Below are positions 46,591 to 56,105 of a stretch of DNA of 64,000 nt, piece by piece (positions within the stretch are counted from its first letter, which is position 1; every line of letters begins with the position of its first letter). Source of the DNA: Bacteroidales bacterium (lineage in GTDB: Bacteria; Bacteroidota; Bacteroidia; Bacteroidales; UBA932); contig JAQXJU010000065.1 in NCBI GenBank assembly GCA_029009115.1, positions 11,336 to 75,335 of the forward strand, in the 5' to 3' direction. Both the position numbers and the translations under genes were made by a program. The notes beneath the pieces were generated by a model. The model searched no databases, was not told the origin of the DNA, and saw only the letters and a list, made by a program, of their open reading frames with translations.

Positions 46591-47258
46591 TCCCCAGAAG
46601 GCCTTTTGACGGGGGGTGAAGCCGACTGGTGAAATTCACCTCGCAAGGCAATGTGCCTCAGAGGGCATTCTGGAGGGGGTGCGGCTCCGAGGTGGACACA
46701 AAGTCGTTCCACCTCAAAAGGCAACCTGCCTCTGAGGCACTTCTGGCAGGGGGAGCCCCGACCGATGAAATTCACCTCGGAAGGCAATGTGCCTCTGAAG
46801 GCATTGTAGAGGGGGTGAGGCTCCGAGGTGGATACAAAGTCGTTCCACCTCTAAGACCAATATGCCCCAGAAGCCCTTCTGAAGGGGGGCAACCCAAAAG
46901 GTGAATTTCACGAGATCATCGAATCGGCCTCTGAGGCACTTCTGGCAGGGGGAGCCCCGACTGGTGAAATTCACCTCGAAAGGCAATGTGCCTGAGAAGC
47001 CCTTCTGACGGGGGTCAGTCCAAAAGGTGAATTTCACGAGATTCCCCAATCGGCCTCTCAAGTACTTCTGACAGGGGTAGCCCTGACCCGTGAAATTCAC
47101 CTCTGAAACCAATGTGCCTCTGAATGCCTTCTGACGGGGGTCGTCCCAAAAGGTCAATTTCACGAGATCATCGAATCGGCCTCTGAGGCCCTTCTGACAG
47201 GGGTTGCCCCAACCGGTGAAATTCGCCTCTGAAACCAACCTGCCCCCTTCACCTCCCC
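46591..47258 (+). repeat. Tandem mosaic repeat array C: same family and orientation as A, 10 units, starting one base after the dcp stop
   Basis: Cores lie at about 46629, 46764 (ATGAAATTCAC), 46891, 46954, 47027, 47090, 47153 (GTCAATTTCAC) and 47217 (GTGAAATTCGC). Two variant hairpins GAGGTGGA(C/T)ACAAAGTCGTTCCACCTC lie at about 46689-46715 and 46825-46851. Confidence 0.9.
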
Positions 47259-47262
47259 TAAC

Positions 47263-47306
47263 AAAAAAGGAGAGTGACGAAGTCAATAGACTTTCTGTCA
47301 CTCTCC
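47263..47306 (-). terminator. Rho-independent terminator for the minus-strand reductase gene
   Basis: Perfect 10-bp stem GGAGAGTGAC / GTCACTCTCC (47269-47278 and 47297-47306). On the minus strand it is followed by TTTTTT (47263-47268). Confidence 0.8.
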
Positions 47307-47330
47307 TTTAGTGATCATCAGCGTGGCTTC

Positions 47331-47462
47331 TTACCTAGCGCCAATGTATTTGTGCAGCGTGGCGCGGACTGTTCCCTTGCCGGCGAACAGTTCTTCTTAC
47401 CTTGCGCTGACGTATTTGTGGAGTGTGGCGCGGACTGCTCCCTTGCCGGCGAACAGTTCCTT
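47331..47462 (-). repeat. Tandem 66-bp duplication of the last 20 codons plus stop of the reductase gene
   Basis: Copy at 47397-47459 encodes ELFAGKGAVRATLHKYVSAR*. The downstream copy at 47331-47393 encodes ELFAGKGTVRATLHKYIGAR* in the same frame. Confidence 0.9.
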
Positions 47463-48986
47463 GACCATTCCTTCAATCTTATCTCCGAGACCTGCCTCGT
47501 AGAGGTCGAGTCCGAAGACATCCTTGCGGCTGTACAGAGCCTTGAGGCAGCTGTAGTCCTGATTGGCCTTTCCGACTTCGAGGGGAGCGACTATCGCCTG
47601 GAGTTCTGCAAGCAGAGGGTCGGTTGAAGGCTCAAAGACTTCGCAGTTGTCATCAAGCCCCTTGAGGTAGCGGGCATATCCTGCGAGGGTCAGAGGGATG
47701 AGCACGAGGTTCGACATATCCAGTCCGCGGGCGATGTACTTCTTGATGGTTTCGCCAAAGCGGATTGAGAGCTTCTGTGAGGTATCGGTAGCGATTCTCT
47801 GAGGAGCATCGGGCATAAAGGGATTGGGCAGACGCTTTCCGATAACGGTTCCCACGAACTCATAGGGGTTCAGGATACCAGGGTCGGTGACGACGGGCAT
47901 AGCCTCGATGTAGGCAATCTTCTGGATGAAGCTGCGGAGGTCCTCATCGGCCATTTCAGCTGAAATGAGCGTGTATCCGAGCATGCAGCCGTAGATTGAC
48001 ATTGCAGTATGCAGGGGATTGAGGCAGGTGGTAACCTTCATAGTCTCAACCTTATCGACGGTCTCGCGGGTGGTGTACAGGGCTCCTCCGAGTTCGAGGG
48101 GAGGACGTCCGTTGGTATAGTTGTCCTCGACCACCAGATACTGAACCTCCTCTGCATTCACGAAGGGTGCGGTGAAAGACCTCTTTTCGGTAACAATGGT
48201 GTTGTTGTCTTCGAAACCGTCTTCAGCGAGCATCTGCTGAACCTTCTCGTGAGGGCGGGGAGTGATCTTGTCAATCATCGACCAGGGGTAGGTTACCTTG
48301 GAGCTATCCTTCACATAGTCCACGAAGGCTGCGGGAACGAGTCCGTCGGCGGCCCATTTCTCGGCATAGGCGTGTACGGCGGCCTTGACCTTGTCGCCGT
48401 TGTGCGAGCAGTTGTCGGTGCTCTGCAGAGTCAGGGGAGCTCCTCCTGCAAGGAATCTCTCGTAGAGGAGAACGGTCAGCTTGCCCATAGCAAATACGGG
48501 GCTGAGCCCGCGCTCGAGGTCGGCAGGAGCGACTCCGTAGCCCTTTTCGGTGATGGTGAAGCTTACCATCTGCAGGCTGGGAGCCTTGAAGATTTCGACA
48601 AGCCTTGCCCAGTCTTCAGCGAACTGGGGGTCGGCCTTGAGGCTTTCGGTGATTGATGCGATGACTTTCTTTTCGATGGTACCGCTCGACTGCAGGCTTA
48701 CGAGCAGCGAAAGGTTCTCGTAGGGACGATAGGCCTTGTCGATGATTTCATAGTCGAAGCTCTCTGCCACAATAACGCCCCTGTCATATTTGCCGCTGTT
48801 CAAGGCATCGTTGAGGATGGCTGCAGGGAATGCGCGGAAGATGTTTCCGGCACCGAAGTGTACCCAGGTGGGAGCATCGTGTGTCTTCTTTGCAACGGCC
48901 GCAATGTCGAAGCTGGGAAGTTCATACCCCTTGGCTTTCCATTCCGAGGGGTTGAAATCTGGTGAAAGGATGTCTGTAAGTTTCAT
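47397..48986 (-). CDS. Mannitol-dehydrogenase-family oxidoreductase (tagaturonate/fructuronate reductase-like)
   Basis: 529 aa. The N-terminal dinucleotide-binding motif WVHFGAGNIFRAF resembles the UxaB-type GEGNFLRAF. Length is typical of the long-chain mannitol DH family. Confidence 0.7.
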   Translation of the reverse strand: MKLTDILSPDFNPSEWKAKGYELPSFDIAAVAKKTHDAPTWVHFGAGNIFRAFPAAILNDALNSGKYDRGVIVAESFDYEIIDKAYRPYENLSLLVSLQSSGTIEKKVIASITESLKADPQFAEDWARLVEIFKAPSLQMVSFTITEKGYGVAPADLERGLSPVFAMGKLTVLLYERFLAGGAPLTLQSTDNCSHNGDKVKAAVHAYAEKWAADGLVPAAFVDYVKDSSKVTYPWSMIDKITPRPHEKVQQMLAEDGFEDNNTIVTEKRSFTAPFVNAEEVQYLVVEDNYTNGRPPLELGGALYTTRETVDKVETMKVTTCLNPLHTAMSIYGCMLGYTLISAEMADEDLRSFIQKIAYIEAMPVVTDPGILNPYEFVGTVIGKRLPNPFMPDAPQRIATDTSQKLSIRFGETIKKYIARGLDMSNLVLIPLTLAGYARYLKGLDDNCEVFEPSTDPLLAELQAIVAPLEVGKANQDYSCLKALYSRKDVFGLDLYEAGLGDKIEGMVKELFAGKGAVRATLHKYVSAR

Positions 48987-49074
48987 ATTGTTAAACAGTT
49001 ATTGGTTTGTCGTGGTTTCTGCTCAGTCTGGGATGCCTGCCGAAAGGCCCGGCCCCGAAATGATACAATCAGCA

Positions 49075-49082
49075 CAAATTTA
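49075..49082 (-). promoter_or_regulatory. Candidate -7 promoter box (TAAATTTG) for the reductase gene
   Basis: The reverse strand reads TTCGTAAATTTGTG, about 90 nt upstream of the ATG at 48986. Confidence 0.35.
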
Positions 49083-49103
49083 CGAATATAAAGGCTTTCC
49101 TGC

Positions 49104-49175
49104 AACCCCCTACGGCACTAAAGCCCACCAGCCTCCATCAACCCCCTACGCCACTAAAGCCTACCAGCCTCCATA
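49104..49175 (+). repeat. 36-bp tandem direct repeat (2 copies)
   Basis: AACCCCCTACGGCACTAAAGCCCACCAGCCTCCATC is followed by AACCCCCTACGCCACTAAAGCCTACCAGCCTCCATA. Confidence 0.85.
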
Positions 49176-49195
49176 CCAAAGCGGCCACAAATAAT

Positions 49196-50188
49196 TCAAA
49201 GCCTGCCGGGCCTTTTTCGGGCGAGGAGAAGGTAGAGGTATCCCAGGCTTCCGGTTATGATCATATTGAGTGCCTGCGATTCGTGCGACAGGGTGGCATA
49301 GATTATCCCCGTGTCCCAGGGAACCCCGAAGAGCCCCGAGAGGGTGAGGGTTACGAAGTAATGGTAGGTGCCGAATCCTCCCGGAGCGGGAACCAGCGAC
49401 GACAGCGAGCCTGCAGCCATAATCAGCAGGGCATCCATCACCCCAATATGGCCCACTGCCGGGAAAGCCATTGCAATCATAACGCACATAAACCAGTAGC
49501 ATACCCATATTCCAATGGAGTAAAGCAGGAACCAGCCCTTCTTCTTCATCCGGGTGAAAGATGCGAATCCGTTCCAGACCCCTGCGCCGAAGGCGTAGAT
49601 GCGCTGGCACAGCCTGTTTGTCGAGCGAAAGGCCAGAACGGCCCTGATCCCGGCCGCAAGCAGCAGCGCAAGGAGTACGACTCCGGCCCAGACCCATCCG
49701 CCGAAGCGCGCCTTCAGAGGTATCCAGATGGCATCGGCGAAGAACGAGCCTGCTCCTCCCCAGTCGCAGAACAGTACCAGAAAGTAAACCGCTCCGAGAA
49801 AAATGATATCCCAGGCCCTTTCGAGAGCCACAGTTCCGAGAATCTTCCCGAATCCGGCCCCGGGAGTCGAAAGAAGTCCGCTGCGGGCAATTTCTCCGCC
49901 GTACGGGATTATGCAGTTTACGAGATTCGCAACGCAGGCTCCGGCTATCGAAGACATTCTCGAGATATTCTTGTCGAGGGGCTTCAGGAGCATATTCCAT
50001 CTGAGCCCTCTCAGAACGAATGCAAGCAGCCCCAGGGCACAGGACAAGCCTACCCAGACCCAGCGGGTCTGCTTGAGGCCATTGACAAAACTATCCCAGT
50101 CCACATTGCGGAAAGAGAAATAAAGAAGTGCTCCGGCTATCGCAAACGAAAGCGTGTACTTGAGTATAGCGCCGAGTTTATTGCCCAT
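49196..50188 (-). CDS. UPF0104 / lysyl-phosphatidylglycerol-synthase-TM-region-like (flippase-like) membrane protein
   Basis: 330 aa, polytopic. LLYFSFRNVDWDSFVNGLKQTRWVWV...VLRGLRWNMLLKPL is typical of the family. Confidence 0.7.
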   Translation of the reverse strand: MGNKLGAILKYTLSFAIAGALLYFSFRNVDWDSFVNGLKQTRWVWVGLSCALGLLAFVLRGLRWNMLLKPLDKNISRMSSIAGACVANLVNCIIPYGGEIARSGLLSTPGAGFGKILGTVALERAWDIIFLGAVYFLVLFCDWGGAGSFFADAIWIPLKARFGGWVWAGVVLLALLLAAGIRAVLAFRSTNRLCQRIYAFGAGVWNGFASFTRMKKKGWFLLYSIGIWVCYWFMCVMIAMAFPAVGHIGVMDALLIMAAGSLSSLVPAPGGFGTYHYFVTLTLSGLFGVPWDTGIIYATLSHESQALNMIITGSLGYLYLLLARKRPGRL

Positions 50189-50196
50189 ACAGGCGG

Positions 50197-50204
50197 CAAA
50201 TTTA
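50197..50204 (-). promoter_or_regulatory. Candidate -7 promoter box (TAAATTTG) for the UPF0104 gene
   Basis: The reverse strand reads TTCGTAAATTTGCC, only about 9 nt upstream of the ATG at 50188. This would imply a near-leaderless transcript. Confidence 0.3.
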
Positions 50205-50216
50205 CGAATTAATACC

Positions 50217-50224
50217 TATATTTG
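50217..50224 (+). promoter_or_regulatory. Candidate -7 promoter box (TATATTTG) for the PfkB kinase operon
   Basis: Matches TAnnTTTG, about 24 nt upstream of the ATG at 50248. It is divergent from the previous box. Confidence 0.4.
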
Positions 50225-50247
50225 TTTCTTGCAAAAACCGTGACTAA

Positions 50248-51240
50248 ATGAAATCAATCCTCGGAATCGGCAATGCCCTCACAGATATCCTTGCAGTTCT
50301 GCCCGACGACAGGCTCCTCAAGGAATACCATCTTCCTATAGGAAGTATGCAGCACGTTGACAGCGAGACAGGCGACAAGGTATGGTCGGCCCTCAAGCCG
50401 CTCGGAGTTCATTATGTGGCGGGAGGTTCCGCTGCCAATACCATCACCTGCACCGCAATCCTGGGTATGCCCTCGGGCTTCATAGGCAAGGTGGGAGATG
50501 ACGAACTCGGCCATCTTTTCAAGAGCGACCAGGAACAGTACGGAGTGAGGAGCACCCTTCTGAAGGGCACCCAGAGCTCGGGACGCTCGATGGTCTTTAT
50601 ATCGGGTCCCAATGCCGAGCGTACCTTCGCAGTGTATCTGGGCGCCGCCCTCGAACTGGTTCCCGAGGATCTGAAGCCCGAATACTTCGAAGGCTACGAC
50701 TACTTCCATATCGAAGGCTATCTGGTTCAGAACCAAGCTCTTATTCGCCAGGCCGTCAAGATGGCGAAGGATGCCGGCTGCATCATTTCGCTGGATATGG
50801 CCTCGTACAACGTGGTCGAATCGAACGGAGCTTTCCTGCACGACCTTGTCGAGAAGTATGTCGATATCGTATTCGCAAACGAAACCGAGTCCAAGGCCTT
50901 CACCAAGTGCGACGACCCCCGCGAGGCCCTCGACGAGATAGCCCGCAGCTGCAGAATTGCAGTTGTGAAGGTGGGCAAGGACGGCAGCTATGTCAAGTCC
51001 GGCGACGAAGTCCACTACATCGAGGCACGCCCTGCCGTCCCCGTGGATGCCACCGGTGCAGGTGATACCTATGCCGCCGGCTTCCTTTATGCCCATTCCC
51101 TGGGGATGGACCTCAAGACCTGCGGAGATGTAGGCTCAATCATTGCCGCCAAGGTTGTGGAGGTTATCGGGACCAAGATTGACATCCCCCGCTGGAGAGC
51201 GGCCAAACAGGAAATCCGCGAGCTATGTTCCAGTCTGTAA
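50248..51240 (+). CDS. PfkB-family carbohydrate/nucleoside kinase (adenosine-kinase-like)
   Basis: 330 aa with GGSAANT and DATGAGDTYAAGFLY (PfkB signature 2). Confidence 0.85.
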   Translation: MKSILGIGNALTDILAVLPDDRLLKEYHLPIGSMQHVDSETGDKVWSALKPLGVHYVAGGSAANTITCTAILGMPSGFIGKVGDDELGHLFKSDQEQYGVRSTLLKGTQSSGRSMVFISGPNAERTFAVYLGAALELVPEDLKPEYFEGYDYFHIEGYLVQNQALIRQAVKMAKDAGCIISLDMASYNVVESNGAFLHDLVEKYVDIVFANETESKAFTKCDDPREALDEIARSCRIAVVKVGKDGSYVKSGDEVHYIEARPAVPVDATGAGDTYAAGFLYAHSLGMDLKTCGDVGSIIAAKVVEVIGTKIDIPRWRAAKQEIRELCSSL

Positions 51241-51737
51241 GAGACTTCCTTCGCCGTCGCGATCTGCGTAAGCACTCATCTACCGTCCCCACGGGCATAC
51301 GTCCTCTTGCCGGAATACGGAAGGTGGCGGTCTTTCTCCCTGCCGCGGAGGCTGATGCTCCGACCCTCTCCCTCATCAGGGATGCCCTCAGCGGGAAGGA
51401 ACTGAGCATTTTCGTCATCTCCCCCGAACGCAAGGCCAGTCCAGTCAGCGGGGCAGTGCTTCTGACTCCCTCGCATATGAATATTCTCGGGCGGGTCAGC
51501 AGTTCGCGCAAGGTTCCCCGTACCTCAGTGGGAGAAGACCTTTTCATCTCCCTGTTCGAGGAGGACCCCTTTGCCGTGGAGTATGCCGCCAGATGCAGTT
51601 CTGCCGCCTTCAAGGCCGGCCGCAGCCAGCTCGAAGGCTCGATATATGATCTTGTAGTTATGACTCCCGACGGGGAGAGAGGCACCTGCGCCGAGGCATT
51701 CTCGGAGATGGTGCGTATGATGCAACTTGTGAAATGA
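51225..51737 (+). CDS. Hypothetical protein
   Basis: 170 aa. It overlaps both neighbours (16 nt upstream, ATGA downstream), consistent with operon coupling. No motif was recognised. A competing antisense ORF (51164-51685) exists. Confidence 0.5.
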   Translation: MFQSVRDFLRRRDLRKHSSTVPTGIRPLAGIRKVAVFLPAAEADAPTLSLIRDALSGKELSIFVISPERKASPVSGAVLLTPSHMNILGRVSSSRKVPRTSVGEDLFISLFEEDPFAVEYAARCSSAAFKAGRSQLEGSIYDLVVMTPDGERGTCAEAFSEMVRMMQLVK

Positions 51738-52618
51738 ATAAAAATCTGTCAGTTGCCCTCAAGGGTTTCGGAATGGGGGCTGCCAATGTGGTCCCCGGGG
51801 TATCCGGAGGGACAGTGGCCCTTCTTACGGGCATATACTCCGACATTGTGGGAGCCATCAATTCGCTTACCGAGCCCTCGACCTGGAAGGCCCTGCTGAA
51901 GGGTCGTTTCAAGGAATTCTGGCATCTCGTTAACGGAACCTTCCTGCTTTGGCTTGCCGTGGGAGTCCTTGCCAGCGTATTCTCTCTGGCCAAGCTTATG
52001 ACCTGGGCTCTGTCGCACTATCCTATTCTGACCTGGGCCTTCTTCTTCGGGCTTATTCTCGCTTCGATATACTTTATGCTCAGGGATATACGCGGGTGGA
52101 AGCTGACCGACGCCCTGTTTGTGGCCGCCGGAATTGCCCTTGGAGTGGGCATCTGTACCCTGTCTCCGACCCAGACCCCCGATTCGCTGGCATTCATCTT
52201 CCTCTGCGGGGCAATAGCCATCTGCACTATGATTCTTCCCGGAATCTCGGGCAGTTTCATACTGGTGATACTCGGAAAGTACGACTATATAATGGAGGCC
52301 CTCTCGCGGCTCGACATACCTGTGCTCGCGGTGTTCGGGGCCGGGTGCCTGGTGGGTATCCTGGCCTTCGCCAAGCTCCTTCACTGGCTCCTTGCGCGCT
52401 TCGAGAAACAGACTATGCTCGTGCTGGTGGGATTCGTGGCCGGGGCGCTGGTGAAAGTATGGCCCTGGGCCGACAAGGCCTCGGCACTCGCCGCCCAGAC
52501 CCTGCGAGGCTCCGCATCCGATACCCTCGACCTCCAGATTCCCTGGGCGGTGATCTGCATAGTTGCCGGAGCGGCCCTTGTTTTCATCCTCGAAAAAGCC
52601 TCATATTCAAAGAAATGA
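51734..52618 (+). CDS. DUF368-family membrane protein
   Basis: 294 aa, polytopic. GMGAANVVPGVSGGTVALLTGIY and ILPGISGSFILVILG form the duplicated DUF368 motif. Confidence 0.8.
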   Translation: MNKNLSVALKGFGMGAANVVPGVSGGTVALLTGIYSDIVGAINSLTEPSTWKALLKGRFKEFWHLVNGTFLLWLAVGVLASVFSLAKLMTWALSHYPILTWAFFFGLILASIYFMLRDIRGWKLTDALFVAAGIALGVGICTLSPTQTPDSLAFIFLCGAIAICTMILPGISGSFILVILGKYDYIMEALSRLDIPVLAVFGAGCLVGILAFAKLLHWLLARFEKQTMLVLVGFVAGALVKVWPWADKASALAAQTLRGSASDTLDLQIPWAVICIVAGAALVFILEKASYSKK

Positions 52619-53826
52619 AAAAGACGATCCTTGCAATTCTTCTGGCTCTGCCCCTGCTGCTTTCTGCACAGCAGAAGAAGACCCTTCCAGTGTGGCAGGA
52701 GGGCTATCTCGACATCCATAATGTGGCAACGGCCTGCGGCGACTGTACCTTCATCAAGATGCCGGACGGAACCACTATGCTCATCGATGCCGGCGATATG
52801 CGAGGCAGCAGCTGGAATGTAAGATGCCTCCCCGATGACAGCAGGACTCCGGCACAGTGGATTGCCCGCTACATATCCCGAGTGGCACCGGGCACCGAGA
52901 CCCTCGACTATGTGTTCCTTACGCATCTGCATCCCGATCACTGCGGAAACGGCAGGGCCCTGCGCGACTCCGACCACGGATACAAAGTCTGCGGAATCAC
53001 CGAGGTAGGAGAGTATTTCAAGATTGGAAAGATGGTTGACAGGGGTTATCCCACTTACGACCTTCCTTCAAAGGAGTACTGCCTGAATCTCAACAAGGCC
53101 TTCTTCCCCCACTACCTCAAGTTCCTCGAAAGGGTATCTTCAGAAGGAGGCACGGTTGAGCGCTTCAAGGTTGGTTCACGGGGGCAGTTCGCCCTTCTTC
53201 ATGACCCTGCATCCTACAAGGGACTCTACGAGGTCTTCAACATAGCCGGAAATGCACTCAAGGCTACTGTGAAAGGCAAGGCCGTAAAGATGTATGCCCC
53301 GGGAGACGATGTGTCGAAGTTTGACGAGAATATGTTCAGCTGCGCCATACGCATACGCTACGGAAACTTCGTATATTACAACGGAGGCGACCTGCCCGGC
53401 AACAACTACGGCCCCAAGAAGAGAGCCGCCCACAACCGCGACTACGAGTCCGAAATCGCAGACCTGATAGGCCACGCCAATGCAGTCAAGGCCGACCACC
53501 ACGGTTGGAAGGACAGCTGCAACCCCAATTTCCTGTGGAAGGTACGTCCCGACGTGATAGTCATTCAGGCAAGCCAGGAAAGGCATCCCTGGGTCGAGAC
53601 CGCGCAGCGCTTCTGCGACCCCCAGTATCCCGGCGAGATGCAGTTGTACATCACCTCCGACCGAAGCCGCAAGCAGCTCGGTGAAGAACTTTACTCGAAG
53701 TTCCATACCCCGGGACACATCGTGTTCAGGGTGTACCCTGGAGGAGAGAACTGGCAGGTATTCGTGCTTGACGCAAACGATCCCCAAAATTGGATAATTG
53801 AAGAATCAGAACTCAAACAGCTATGA
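52615..53826 (+). CDS. Secreted MBL-fold metallo-hydrolase
   Basis: ATG at 52615 ([19 protein letters not shown]), ATGA overlap with the upstream stop. Motifs are LIDAGD and [11 protein letters not shown] (HxHxDH). The longer track ORF from 51949 overlaps the DUF368 gene. Confidence 0.8.
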   Translation: MKKTILAILLALPLLLSAQQKKTLPVWQEGYLDIHNVATACGDCTFIKMPDGTTMLIDAGDMRGSSWNVRCLPDDSRTPAQWIARYISRVAPGTETLDYVFLTHLHPDHCGNGRALRDSDHGYKVCGITEVGEYFKIGKMVDRGYPTYDLPSKEYCLNLNKAFFPHYLKFLERVSSEGGTVERFKVGSRGQFALLHDPASYKGLYEVFNIAGNALKATVKGKAVKMYAPGDDVSKFDENMFSCAIRIRYGNFVYYNGGDLPGNNYGPKKRAAHNRDYESEIADLIGHANAVKADHHGWKDSCNPNFLWKVRPDVIVIQASQERHPWVETAQRFCDPQYPGEMQLYITSDRSRKQLGEELYSKFHTPGHIVFRVYPGGENWQVFVLDANDPQNWIIEESELKQL

Positions 53827-55349
53827 GACAATTCTACCTTACAAATACCCTCACTCACCGCAAGGAACTCTTTGTTCCTGTAAATCCCGGCCACGTGGGG
53901 ATGTATGTCTGCGGTCCCACAGTCTATGGCGACGCGCATCTCGGCCACGCCCGTCCGGGTGTAACCTATGATGTGCTGAGCAAACTCCTCCGCCATCTCG
54001 GCTACAAGGTGCGTTATGTCCGCAACATTACCGACGTGGGTCATCTCGAACACGATGCCGACGAGGGAGAGGACAAGATTTCGAAGAAGGCTCGCCTTGA
54101 ACAGCTCGAACCTATGGAGGTCGTGCAGACCTATACCCTGCGCTACCACGAGGCTATGCGCCTGCTCAACGTGGCTCCTCCCTCCATCGAGCCCCGTGCT
54201 TCGGGACATATACTCGAGCAGATAGAGGCAGTGAAGACAATTCTCGACGCAGGCTATGCCTACGAGAGCAACGGAAGCATCTACTTCGATGTGGAGAAGT
54301 ACAATGCCGACCACCACTACGGCATTCTTTCAGGACGTACCCTCGAATCGACCCTCGAAGGAACCCGCAGCCTCGACGGTCAGTCCGACAAGAAGGCTCC
54401 TTATGACTTTGCCCTCTGGAAAAAGGCTGAGCCCCAGCATATTATGAGGTGGAATTCCCCTTGGGGAGAGGGCTTCCCCGGCTGGCATCTCGAATGCTCG
54501 GTGATGGGCGAAAAGTATCTCGGACGCGAGTTTGACATACACGGCGGCGGAATGGACCTTATGTTCCCCCACCACGAGTGCGAAATAGCCCAGAATGTAG
54601 CATCGCGCGGGACTGCCGGTGTCCGCTACTGGGTTCACAACAATATGATTACCATCGCCGGCCAGAAGATGGGCAAGTCGCTCGGCAACTTCATAACCCT
54701 GCCGCAGCTCTTCTCGGGCAATCATCCCAAGCTCGCGCAGGCCTACACTCCTATGACCGTGCGCTTCTTCATTCTCCAGGCCCACTACCGCGGCACTCTC
54801 GACTTCTCTAACGAAGCCCTGCAGGCTGCAGAGAAGGGACTCAAGAGGCTGATGCAGGCCGCCCGCGATCTCTACAACCTTGCAGGTAAGACTCCCGCTG
54901 TCCTCTCTTACGGCGAGTTCTCAGAAAGCATAGCTCCCGACAGCTGCAACGCAGAGTCTGCCGAGGTACGGGCCATCTTCGAGGGAGTCTATGATGCCCT
55001 ATGCGATGATATGAACACCCCCGTAGCTCTTGCACACATCTCCGATGCCGTAAGGCTCATCAATTCGGCCAAGGCGGGCAGTGTCAGACTCAGCGCTTCC
55101 GACCTCGAGACTCTGGTCAGGCTCTTCGACGACATAGTCTTCGGGGTGCTCGGCCTTCGTGACGATGAGGCTTCTGCCGGCGAGTCGGGCAAGGTTATAG
55201 ACGGGCTTATGCAGATGATACTACAGCAGAGAGCCGAGGCCAAGGCCGCCCGCGACTGGGCCACCTCCGACCGCATAAGAGACTCGCTCAAAACATTAGG
55301 AATCAGCGTAAAAGACACAAAGGAGGGAGCCGAATGGACAATGGACTGA
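53823..55349 (+). CDS. cysS: Cysteine--tRNA ligase
   Basis: 508 aa with [17 protein letters not shown] (HIGH) and KMGKSLGN (KMSKS). Confidence 0.96.
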   Translation: MRQFYLTNTLTHRKELFVPVNPGHVGMYVCGPTVYGDAHLGHARPGVTYDVLSKLLRHLGYKVRYVRNITDVGHLEHDADEGEDKISKKARLEQLEPMEVVQTYTLRYHEAMRLLNVAPPSIEPRASGHILEQIEAVKTILDAGYAYESNGSIYFDVEKYNADHHYGILSGRTLESTLEGTRSLDGQSDKKAPYDFALWKKAEPQHIMRWNSPWGEGFPGWHLECSVMGEKYLGREFDIHGGGMDLMFPHHECEIAQNVASRGTAGVRYWVHNNMITIAGQKMGKSLGNFITLPQLFSGNHPKLAQAYTPMTVRFFILQAHYRGTLDFSNEALQAAEKGLKRLMQAARDLYNLAGKTPAVLSYGEFSESIAPDSCNAESAEVRAIFEGVYDALCDDMNTPVALAHISDAVRLINSAKAGSVRLSASDLETLVRLFDDIVFGVLGLRDDEASAGESGKVIDGLMQMILQQRAEAKAARDWATSDRIRDSLKTLGISVKDTKEGAEWTMD

Positions 55350-56101
55350 AGTTCGTGAGCTGGAATGTGAACGGGCTTCGTGCCGTTGCATCCAAGGGCT
55401 TTGCCGACATCTTCGCATCTTTCGATGCCGACTTCGTGTGCCTTCAGGAGACCAAACTTCAGGCAGGCCAGATAGACCTTGAGTTCCCCGGATACAGTTC
55501 GTGGTGGAACTATGCCGACAAGAAGGGATACTCCGGAACGGTCATCTACACCCGCAGGGAGCCTCTGGCGGTGTCCTATGGGATAGGAATAGACGAGCAC
55601 GACCACGAGGGACGCACCGTGACCCTCGAGATGGAAGATTTCTACCTCGTGAATGTATATACCCCCAATTCCCAGGACGGTCTGCGGCGGCTTTCATACC
55701 GTATGACCTGGGAAGATGCCTTCAGAGAGTACCTCGGGGCCCTGGCCTCAAGAAAGCCCGTGATAGTGTGCGGCGATATGAACGTGGCCCACTGCCCCAT
55801 AGACCTCAAGAACCCCGATACCAATCACTTCAACGCCGGTTTCTCCGACGAGGAGAGAGGCAAGATGAGCGAACTTCTCGCCTCGGGCTTCAAGGATACC
55901 TTCCGCGAACTTCATCCCGACGAGGTCAAGTATTCCTGGTGGTCTTACCGTATGGCAGCCCGCGAGCGGAACGTGGGGTGGCGTATAGACTACTTCCTTG
56001 TCTCCGGGGAACTTATGTCCCGTGTAGCTTCGGCCTCAATCCATAACGAAATATTCGGATCTGACCACTGTCCGATCAGTCTTGAACTCAGAAACGCCTG
56101 A
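55334..56101 (+). CDS. xth: Exodeoxyribonuclease III
   Basis: 255 aa with [24 protein letters not shown] and [10 protein letters not shown]. Confidence 0.93.
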   Translation: MDNGLKFVSWNVNGLRAVASKGFADIFASFDADFVCLQETKLQAGQIDLEFPGYSSWWNYADKKGYSGTVIYTRREPLAVSYGIGIDEHDHEGRTVTLEMEDFYLVNVYTPNSQDGLRRLSYRMTWEDAFREYLGALASRKPVIVCGDMNVAHCPIDLKNPDTNHFNAGFSDEERGKMSELLASGFKDTFRELHPDEVKYSWWSYRMAARERNVGWRIDYFLVSGELMSRVASASIHNEIFGSDHCPISLELRNA

Positions 56102-56105
56102 TATT

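Noticed and set aside
47331-47462. Diversity-generating retroelement (template/variable repeat pair) as an explanation for the duplicated gene 3' ends here and at 31985-32150.
   Set aside because: Differences between copies are not restricted to adenine positions of one copy. Examples are G/A, G/C and T/C mismatches in both directions. No reverse transcriptase or accessory gene is nearby, and the target proteins (a reductase and RnfA) are not ligand-binding display proteins.
49161-50212. Alternative ORFs 49161-50000(-) and 49283-50212(+) overlapping the UPF0104 gene.
   Set aside because: Their translations are Arg/Pro/Gly-rich without hydrophobic segments or motifs. The 49196-50188(-) frame gives a coherent polytopic membrane protein with family-typical N-terminal motifs.
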